A stretch of 64,000 nt of DNA from Curvularia clavata (lineage: Eukaryota). The translations under genes and the position numbers were made by a program. Under the pieces are notes generated by a model, which was not told where the DNA came from, did no database searches, and saw nothing but the letters and a program-made list of their open reading frames with translations. Location of the stretch: NCBI GenBank assembly GCA_023920165.1, contig CP089278.1, forward strand, positions 1,984,001 to 2,048,000. Direction: 5' to 3'. Shown here in pieces: positions 1-9,900 of this stretch; within the stretch, counting starts at the first letter, position 1, and every line of letters starts with the position of its first letter.

Positions 1-445
1 TGTGGCTATCTTTTCCTGGGCCCGGTAGATGGCATACCCATAGGTGACTCTCTTTTTCCCTTCACAGCGCTGTTCCGATCCATCAGAGAAGATTGTGAGC
101 GTGTTGCTATCTAGAGATGCCCACCATTCTTTGAATTCTTTCGCAGCTGTTTTCTTCTCTATTCCTAGCGTCGGATCTGTGCGACACCCTTGCGAGAAGT
201 GCGGCGCTATTAGAGCTGGCCGGGGGATAGCTGGCAGAAGTAGGCCTAACCTCTGGATCTTAGTTCTTGGCTGTTGCCTCTCCCCTACCCTGGTGCCAGA
301 CTGATTGTGTGGTACGATCGCTCGGTGGGTGAGAGGATGCTGATGGTCTATTGTCTGAAGTCGCAGCGCGAGACGCCACTTAGCCTCTTCAAGTGCGACT
401 TCTGCTGACGGTACCCCGGCTTCTCTAAAGAGAATTGGAAGGATC
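1..445 (-). pseudogene. Non-LTR (LINE, Tad1-like) retrotransposon ORF2 fragment: RT-distal region and start of RNase H; runs off the window edge
   Basis: The minus-strand frame is open from ~445 to 1: LPILFREAGVPSAEVALEEAKWRLALRLQTIDHQHPL...EWWASLDSNTLTIFSDGSEQ...VTYGYAIY. IFSDGS is the RNase H motif. In-frame stops lie upstream (~530), so the RT domain is absent. Confidence 0.75.
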
Positions 446-1377
446 GCTAGCGCGGAGAAACTGTCGGGATGCGCACACTTCCTACCTTATATTAAGCTTT
501 CGAGACTGCAGTCTCAAATGCTGCTATCTTAGTTTCTCCCTTAGCCTACAGAACTCTCTATGAATGTCGGTCGTCGCGAACAAACAAGGGGGTATCAGAG
601 GAGAGTCGATGGACGGCGTTGGCAGAACGAGCGACAGCGTGGTCAAGAACACGCCTCTTAGCGTCGAAGGCTGATGTACTGGAAGAGCGAGAGCAGCAGA
701 ATAGATGCACACTAGACAGGTTCATTTATAGGCATGATTGGTACAATCCGGGCACCCGAAAGAAAAAGTGTCCCGTTACACCGTGCGTCCCGGCACGTAG
801 GGATGGACATTACTCTAATATTTTTGCCTCCACCTGCCAGACCTCTCACATGCCATATTAGTACTCAGTAGCCCCCTTGAGTTCATACGCTTCGGAAGGA
901 TATAAATAATCTCTATCCTGTATGGAGAATATCCGATTACTTGTTCTTGTTTATTATCTTTATGGAAACTTCTCTAAGTATAGCTGGCTGGATCTGCTCT
1001 GGCGATTTGAGAATATTCTCTCTAAATTGTATCCTACCCTATTCTAAAGTTTCTGAAGTTACTTGAATAGAGTTTTTTTTTACCTATAAGGTTTCCCTAT
1101 TAGTTATGCTATAAGGTTATATTGATGTATAAAGAGTGATGATAAGCGGAGCTTGTGTAAAGAGTAGGTTTCTAAAAGAAACTAAGCTAAATAACCTAGA
1201 ATTGGCGCGCGTGAAGATGCAGCCTTAAGAGGAAATGAATGAGCATATTATATATAATTAAAGTTAAAAAAGTTAATCTAGATATATCTATGATATTATA
1301 TTGGTTCTTAATCCTGAAGTTGTAAGTACCTGCCGCCACTATAATTACCTCGAAACTCTATCTTAGTGGCTGGTAAG

Positions 1378-1648
1378 TGTAACCATGCATAGACCAAAAC
1401 ATACCCCAGCCAGGGCAGCTTATCAAGATCCGATTGAGAGCCGGGTCAGACCCGATGAAGACCCGCACCCAGGTATAAGTACCAGGTACCTTCCATAGAT
1501 GTTCGGTAGATTTTTGATATCCTTTCGTACCAGGCCTATGAGTGTCTACCGAATCCAAGGTGTTTCTGCTGTCCCACGCACTTCCATATGCATTTGAGTG
1601 ACACTTCCCACCGGAACCGATTCGACTAGTCTTGCTCGCGCCGTTACA
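1378..1648 (+). mobile_element. Solo LTR, family C (271 bp), essentially un-RIPped
   Basis: Termini TGTAAC...GTTACA; 5-bp TSD GTAAG (1373-1377, 1649-1653); same sequence as the LTRs at 24582-24852 and 31507-31777. Confidence 0.95.
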
Positions 1649-1759
1649 GTAAGGTGGAATACCACAAGGCTATACATCTCCCTATGGCTGTGCTACTAGT
1701 TATCTAGAGTTACTTTTCTATGTTACGTCACTTAACCTGCCTGGGTTCTACTATATAGG

Positions 1760-3253
1760 TGTTAAGAGTATAATCTCGAGTGGAAGTAATATAAGACTTC
1801 TAGTGTCAAGATCTTCTTAGGTTAGTTTTCGTGGATAAAGTAATAGTATATTATAAACAGTTCTATAAGTAACTCGTATATTATATTTATACTTATAACT
1901 TAAGTTAAATATATTAAGCTATAAAAGTTCGATATCTATTACTATATACTAAGAAGTGTAGCTTACTTATTACTAAATACTCTATTACTTAATACTAAGT
2001 ACTACTAATTAGTCCGTCTCTTAATTATAATTAGCTGTCCGTGCTTAGTACTAAATACTATAGGTTCTACTTAGTGCTAAGCGCTTGCTTATAACTAAGC
2101 GGCTATATAACTATGGCATAGTAGAAAGATTACGATATAGCGTTTTAAATTAGATCCTCTAAACTAATGACTATTATTAGATATAATTACTTTTAGTATT
2201 ATTAAGATATATTTTATATATACCTATATTCTAGATTATAATACTACTCCCTCTTTTTATAGACTTACTTTTAAGTTTTAATTCGTCTAGTTATTATAAG
2301 TGTTAGACCCTTATTTATCTTTCTTCTTATAGTTAAGTGTCTAGACGTATCTCATGGTAGGCGGTAGTGTGTTAGGTAGGTTTATTATTCTAGTATATTA
2401 TCTATATAATATAGAGAGCTAATACTTATATAATTAGCTTACCCCGCGTTCTTATAAGATAGCAATTATAATATTATTCTTAATATAACGTGATTATCGC
2501 TTAGATTTTAAAATCTGAAAAGCTAATATCTTTGCTACAGTTTCTTATATTTATTATTTCTTATAGAGTCTTAACTATTACTTTATACTAGATTCTTAAT
2601 TAAAGTACGCTAAATATACTCAGCTTAGTTATATATATATAAATATATTATAGAAGTCTCTTAATAGGACTTATAAGAAGTATTAGAAGAAGATAGATAA
2701 AGATAAGAAGTTATTAGCGCAGGTGATTACGCGTCTCTTACGTAATAAGAAAATTCTTTAATAGACGGAGGAACGTACTCGTTATAAAGCTTTATATCTT
2801 ACTTTAGAAATAGAGAAGAAGAGTAAAGCTGTATCTATAGATTAGCTTAATTATCCCATAGCTTTTATTAGTATTACCTTTTCTTCTATTATATATAGTC
2901 TATAATAGATTTTATTAATTCTTCTATTACTAGCGTTAGTATTAGAGAACACGCTATAGATAGTTCTTAAAGTTCGTCTCGTGTTCCTAGATGTTTTTGC
3001 TATAGTTATACCCTAACTATTTAACTAGATATTTAGTTCTTTTACGCGTAGTTTGATGCGCTAGAATTTTTTTAACTTCAAATTTGTTTTCTTCTTCTAG
3101 CTTAAAATAGAATATTTTTTGTAATAGCGTTTCTAGGTCGGTAGGTTTTAATAGTTTAATGTAAAACTTTGGGTGTATTTTTATGTCTAGTGGTAGATTG
3201 AGTGTATACGTGACTAGTCTGTTTTAGGCTTTAATTAAAAATAGTCTAATATA
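1760..3253 (-). mobile_element. Truncated RIPped family B chromovirus: 3' LTR (1760-2243), PPT, antisense-ORF region, chromodomain/integrase end; cut off by the Tc1 at 3254
   Basis: Reverse complement of ~21590-23082; LTR end TGTTAAGAG at 1760; reversed PPT at ~2244-2260. Confidence 0.9.
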
Positions 3254-4298
3254 CAGTGGGGTGACAAAAAGAAAGAGTACAAGAAAAAATAGCTAATTTC
3301 AAATAGCTATATCTCAGCTTATATAATAACTAATAATAAGAAAATTTAATCTTTATATAGAGATTTACTAGATCTTAAAAGCTAGTATTTGAAATACTGC
3401 TTACTAAGCATACAGAGTATACTAAAGAATACTAAAGTAGAGAGAAAAAAATACGCCAACTTTCAGCTATTTTTTCGCGCTTGTTTTTTGGATTTTAAAT
3501 ATATATCTATATATAGATAGACACTAATAGTCTATATATATAATATATATAGTTTTAAGCTATGGTTGTCTATCCAAGTTAGTAGATATATATATAAGTT
3601 ATATTTTAGTATTTAAATTAGATAATAATTGTAAATTACTATCTAATACTTTGTATACCAGCCCCTAGCTTCTGCTACTCTATTATAGCGTTTTGGCATA
3701 GATAAAATACAGCTATCTATGTCTTTTTGTGGTATTTTATGCCACTCTTGGTGAATAGCTGTAATAAACGTATTTATACTAGTCTCACTAGCGCCAGTGC
3801 CAAGACTAGAGCTTGGCAGCTTAGCAAGCCGATTTTTAAGCAAGCTCCATACGTTTTCTATTGGATTTAGATCTGGGCTATACGCTGGATGGTCGAAAAG
3901 TGTAATTTTATGGCGCTTAAACCAGTCTAAAACGTTTCTAGCTTTGTGGATTGTTGCGTTATCCTGTTGGAATTTCCAGCCTAGATAGCTATATATTAGT
4001 AAAGTATTTTATACTAGTTAGATATATATATATATTAGTAAATATATATATATATAACTATATATAAGCAAAAATATATAGTAAAACTTACCGCGTTTTG
4101 TATTCGGTTTTATATACGGTATTAGACATTTTCTAATATAGTGGTGATTTCGATGTTTTACTACGCTATTTGGCGTCTTAATAACCACTAGATTGGATCT
4201 GCCACCTATCCAAATAGCTCCCCAAACTTGGATAGTTATATCATGTGCTAAAAATTGGGTTAGTCAGCTAGACATATCAAATACAAAATATATATATA

Positions 4299-4805
4299 TG
4301 TTACAAGTAACAAAGAAGGATCTCTCCTTGACGATGGCCGCAGGTAGGAGACCATTGGGCGACACGTCAGAAGGTAATGATCCCCGCGGAAGGGCGATCA
4401 CATGACTGGCCTCAGGCCAAGACCGGGAAACCACGCTAGTATGTGAGGACACGCTCACACGTGACCAAAGTGACTTCAGGGACTTCAGAGAACACAGGGG
4501 TTATTCCGTGAGGACAGTGAGGACAGGACCGGAAGCAATGGGTATAAGAATGTGTTGGATTTCATTATTACACTCGTTGTGGTCAACTCAGCAAAGTATC
4601 TTTCATAGTTACCTTTCATACTCAGATTGATACTAGTTATTCTATCTTCCAATAGGATTGGTTTTGTCTATCTTCCGTTAATCCCTACCACCGAATCGCC
4701 AGACAACTACCTCACGGTATACTTCATAGAAACTGGCCTCGCCCTAACCCGGAATCTAGGCTAGGTAAGTATATTCCCAACTAACCAGTAGGACCCCGTG
4801 TAACA
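4299..4805 (+). repeat. 5' LTR, family A
   Basis: Direct repeat of 11210-11716; TATAAG at 4543. Confidence 0.97.
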
Positions 4806-4866
4806 CTTTGACCACCCACGGATTCGGTAAGCGGTTTAACACCAAGCGTCCGATTGAGATATCACC

Positions 4867-6957
4867 ATGTCACGCAACTCCAACGAGTATGTCAACGTCC
4901 AGGGACCGGCTCCCGCACAGGACATCAACATGGCCGGAAGCACCCAGGGAGTGGGCAACGAGCATGCCCCAGGGACTCCTGAGTGGGAACTTGCCAATCT
5001 CAGACGCGAGCACCAGGCTCAGGCACAGCAGATGATCGAAATGCAGAATATGGTTAATCAGCTTATGAGTCAGCTGATGGCTACGCCAAACGAAAAGGTT
5101 GTCAAGAAACCTAAGATGGCAACTCCCGAAAAGTATGACGGAAACCGTAACGACCTACGAACGTTCCTCACCACCATCGACCTATACTGCGAATTCAACG
5201 AGGTACCTAGTGATCAGGAAAAGATCCTCATGGCCAGTACGCATATGAAAGGAAAAGCGGCTAACTGGGTCCAACCATATGTGGAGGACTACCTATCGTC
5301 AATAAAGACCAAAGGGACCAAGGAAGAAACCAAGGCCCTATTCGCAAGTTGGAACAACTTCAAGGATGAAATGGGACGTGTCTTCGGAGAGGTCGACGCC
5401 AAGAACCAAGCAGAGAAAGCGATCACACGCCTGAAGCAGACCACGTCCGTTTCGGCTTACACAGCTGAGTTTAAGCAGCTACAAGCGCGAATTGATTGGG
5501 ACGACGCAGCTCTTCGAACGGTATTCGAAGACGGTCTGAAGGAAATTGTCAAAGACGGTCTAGTACACCATGATAAGCCAGAAACGTTACAAGCTCTGAT
5601 TGAGCTGGCCACGCGAATCGACAATAGGATCTGGGAACGAAACGAACAAAAGAAACGGCAATTTCGACCCAACATGGCTAACACCAAGAAACAACGCAAC
5701 AACCGAGACAAGGACGGCGATACAATCATGACGGGAAAAGTACAAGAAAAGACCAGAGACAAGAAACCCCGAGGAAAGGGCCAGGACGGCCTTTCCAAGG
5801 AAGAACGCCAGAAGCGTTATGACAACAAAGCATGTCTCCGATGCGGCGAAGTAGGACACTTCCGCAGAGACTGCCCGAAGAACGAAGTCAAGCAGGCAGT
5901 AGTAAAGATCAGGATGCTGAAGTCACAGCCATCTACACTACCCTCCGACGACGACCTCAGCGATCTAGACCTCTACGACGAAGCACGTCTAGCTGAGAAC
6001 ACGGATTATGTGATTGTCCCGGAGCTCGTCAGAGCGGACAAACACATGAAATGGGAACCACCACAGCCATCCGACTGGATCGTGAAGGACACAGATGCCC
6101 AGCGTCGGATCGCACAAAACTTATGCTGGATGTGCGGAGACCCAGCACACCACGGCAATGGCTGCCCACTTCGAGGAAGAAGAATTGCAGTCACAGGGCC
6201 GATGGCCAGGGAAGTACTTGCCCAGGCAGCCCAGGAACAACCGTACTTTAAGGACGAGCTACCGGAACCAGAAAACGACCGCGAAGACGAACATAGAAAG
6301 CTGCACTGGATCGAATGCGACAGTATAGACTACTGCGAGTTCCATGCCGAAGAATCGAGACTGTCCCAGTACGACGCAGAAGAATGTTGCCACGCACACT
6401 TAAGAAGTGAAGCATGCAAGGTATTGGATTGCACCATCCACGCACCATGGAAGCAACACGACGATCACGAAATGATCGCCTGGAACGAATGCAAAAGGAG
6501 GTTTTGTATGTTCCACTCAGATGCTAAAGAACAATGCAAGTTGGACGAGCATGATCCTAATCACAAGCATCTATGGGCAAACGACTGCCCCATGCTGGAT
6601 TGCCACATCCACAAGGAAGAACATCAACGAGCTCACGAGCAGCTCTGCTGGATCAACTGCATAGAGAAATGCCGATTCCACCGAGAACAGAGAATCGCGG
6701 CAAGACATGCAGATCACCATCTGCACGGCACGATCGCGGCTAAGGAATGCCGGACGATCAAGTGCAGGATGCACGGGACAAAGGAGATCAACCTGCCAGA
6801 GACGCTGGAAGAAATGATCCCCCACCCAAACGAACACTGGACCTTCTGCACAGACGACAACTGCAGAATCCACCTGGACGCAAAACAGAACCATGGCTAC
6901 TTTCCGCGGAAAAGAAAGGGAAAGAAGCTTGGGTCCAGGGGACCGTCAAAAAACTAG
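4867..6957 (+). CDS. gag: Gag (696 aa): capsid domain, two CCHC zinc knuckles and a C-terminal His/Cys repeat array
   Basis: Capsid-like segment PEKYDG...LKQTTSVSAYTAEF; knuckles CLRCGEVGHFRRDC and CWMCGDPAHHGNGC. Confidence 0.95.
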   Translation: MSRNSNEYVNVQGPAPAQDINMAGSTQGVGNEHAPGTPEWELANLRREHQAQAQQMIEMQNMVNQLMSQLMATPNEKVVKKPKMATPEKYDGNRNDLRTFLTTIDLYCEFNEVPSDQEKILMASTHMKGKAANWVQPYVEDYLSSIKTKGTKEETKALFASWNNFKDEMGRVFGEVDAKNQAEKAITRLKQTTSVSAYTAEFKQLQARIDWDDAALRTVFEDGLKEIVKDGLVHHDKPETLQALIELATRIDNRIWERNEQKKRQFRPNMANTKKQRNNRDKDGDTIMTGKVQEKTRDKKPRGKGQDGLSKEERQKRYDNKACLRCGEVGHFRRDCPKNEVKQAVVKIRMLKSQPSTLPSDDDLSDLDLYDEARLAENTDYVIVPELVRADKHMKWEPPQPSDWIVKDTDAQRRIAQNLCWMCGDPAHHGNGCPLRGRRIAVTGPMAREVLAQAAQEQPYFKDELPEPENDREDEHRKLHWIECDSIDYCEFHAEESRLSQYDAEECCHAHLRSEACKVLDCTIHAPWKQHDDHEMIAWNECKRRFCMFHSDAKEQCKLDEHDPNHKHLWANDCPMLDCHIHKEEHQRAHEQLCWINCIEKCRFHREQRIAARHADHHLHGTIAAKECRTIKCRMHGTKEINLPETLEEMIPHPNEHWTFCTDDNCRIHLDAKQNHGYFPRKRKGKKLGSRGPSKN

Positions 6958-9900
6958 GATGCCACCAGGGACAGGGTCACGCTGGTAAAGGCAGTCCTAA
7001 AACGACCCTAAGACGAGTACATTACACCGATGATCGCCCAAAGGAATTGGTAACGACCGTGTATGTACAGGGACACAAATTACAGGCAATCGTAGACAGC
7101 GGTGCCGCACGAACAATGATCTCACCCCGAGTGGTAGAGAAGTACGAAATACCATACCGGAGCAAGAAGCGTCCGCTACAGGTAATATCGGCCGAAGAAA
7201 CGCCCGTAGCATACGGCAAAGGCACGATAAGGCTCGAGACAGAACTGGTGACACTGGAGGTGTCCGATACCAAGAGTCAAATGAGCATTAGCATTATGGA
7301 TCTAGGAGAAACGGATCTATTGATCGGTTATGACTGGCTGGATGCCCATAACCCCGCCATCGACTGGCGAAACAGAACGATACTCAGCCGAGAACCTGCG
7401 AAAAGGGTTGCTGGAGTACGACATGAGATACGCCCGACGAATCAGTGCACAACCCGGGATGGGAGATTCGGCAAGATCTCACCGCATAAGATCGCGAGAA
7501 TCTATGCGAAGGACCCTCAGCAAGTAGGAGTCATTTGGTTAAGACGAGTCGTGCCCAAGAAGGACAGACCCTTACCCCAGGAAAAGCCCAAAGACGTATT
7601 GTTGGACATTCCTAAAGAATACAGAACGAATGAGTTCAAGGAACTATTCGAAGAAAACGAGGCAACAGACTTAGCAGAACATCAGGATTGGGATCACGAG
7701 ATCATCCTCGAGGATGGAGCAAAGTTGACGCCAGGAGGCATGTATCCTATATCGCCCGAGCACGACGCCGAGCTCAAGGAATACCTCCGGAAGAATCTTA
7801 AGAAAGGATTCATCAGACCGGGGTCAGGCCCGATGGCCTCACCCATATTGTTCGTAAAGAAACCTAACGGAAAATGGCGACTATGTGTCGATTACCGAAG
7901 GTTGAACGCGGTAACCCGAAAGAATCGGTACCCACTACCACTCATAACAGAGCTCATGGATCGACTCCAGGGAGCCAAGTGGTTCACGAAGTTCGATGTC
8001 CGAGAAGGATTTTATCGGATCAGGATCAAGGAAGGAGACGAATGGAAAACAGCGTTCAAGACGAAGTATGGACTGTTCGAGTATACGGTCATGCCGTTCG
8101 GCCTAACGAATGCGCCGGCGACCTTTCAATCAGTCATCAACAACGCTCTCCACGAATACCTTGGTGTCTTCGCAACAGCTTACTTGGACGATGTACTAGT
8201 GTACTCCAAGGGAACGCTCGAAGAACACATCGAACATGTCAAGAAAGTGCTCAGAAAGCTCAAGGAATACAAGCTATATCTGCAGCCAGGGAAATGCGAA
8301 TTCCACACGCAGGAAACGGAATTCCTCGGATTCATCATCTCGACCGAAGGAGTGAAAATGAACCCAAAAAAGGTACAGGCTGTACGGGATTGGAAAACGC
8401 CCAAAACAGTTAAGGATGTTCAGTCCTTCCTAGGGCTAGCGAACTACTACCGGAAGTTCATAAAAGATTATTCGAAGATCACAGCACCCCTTACGGAGAT
8501 CACGAAGAAGGAAGTAGGTTTCAGATGGAAACAGGAACAACAGAAAGCTTTCGACAAGCTCAAGCAGACGTTCCTAGAGGCACCCGTACTAGAGATGTAC
8601 GATCCTCAACGACCAACCAGACTCGAGACTGACGCGTCTGATTACGCACTCGGAGCTGTATTGTCACAGCAGTGCCCAGATGGGAAATGGAGACCCGTGT
8701 TCTACCATTCCAGAAAGTTCGACGAAGCAGAGTTGAACTACGATGTTCACGATAAGGAACTACTTGGAGTAGTCGATGCCTTTGAACAATGGGAAGTATA
8801 CCTGTTAGGACTTCCACACACGATCGAGGTTTTTACCGATCATCAGAACCTCACGAGTTTTATGACAACGAAGAAACTCAACCGAAGACAAGTCCGATAT
8901 GCTGAGATGTTAGCTCAGTTTGACTTCAAAATCACGCATCGAGCAGGATCGCTCAACGGAGCCGCGGATGCTCTGAGCCGAAGATCCGATTTACGCGGAA
9001 AAGGCCACAAAGAGCCACACGACGCAGTACTCAAGAGAATGCCCGACGGCAGCTTGAGGTACAACCAGCCGGATCTGGCTAGATTAGCCAAGATAGCCGA
9101 GCAAGTGGAAACGTTGCAACAGCAATGGCAACAAAAAGCGAATGAATGGGTACCATTGGACGGACAAAAGGAACTCAACGGGCTACAGAACAAAGGTGAG
9201 CCGCGGAACGAGAGTCGACCCTACGTACCCACGCACATGAGAAAAGATCTCATCAAAGAACTGCATGAGTCACGAGAATACGGACATGCAAGCATCGACG
9301 AAATGGTCAGGCGACTGAATAAGGCGTTTTATATGCCGCGCTTGAGGGCGCAGGTGCAGGAAGTTGTAGGCAACTGTGTGGCATGTCACCAGAACAAGCC
9401 CAAAAGACATAAGCCCTATGGCCTGTTACAACCCTTACCGCCACCAACGCGACCATGGAGCAGCGTAACGATGGACTTCATAGTGAAGCTCCCGAAATCG
9501 TTAGAGCCAGGATCGGCTCGACTCTGCGACACCATTTTGGTCATAATGTGTCGACAGACCAAAGGGGCAAAGTTTGTGCCCACAGAAGAAACAATTACGG
9601 CAGAGGAATGCGCGTACGAAGTTTCCAAAGCACTAATATCAGAGCACGGGATGCCCGAAGAATTCATAACGGACAGAGATAAGCTGTTCACATCGAAATA
9701 CTGGTCAACGTTCTTAGCAAAACTGGGAGTTAAGAAGAAGCTATCGACTAGCTTCCACCCAGAAACCGACGGACAAACGGAACGAACAAACCAAACGCTA
9801 GAACAGTATCTGCGATTTTACGCCAACAAGCTGCAGGACAACTGGGTTGAACTCTTGCCGACAGCACAATTGGCTTACAATAGTTCAAGATCGGCGACAA

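Noticed and set aside
882..1759. Possible host gene relic around the solo LTR
   Set aside because: No recognisable motif or sustained reading frame could be supported.
4743..4751. CCCTAACCC in LTR A as a telomeric repeat
   Set aside because: A single unit inside the LTR; no array.
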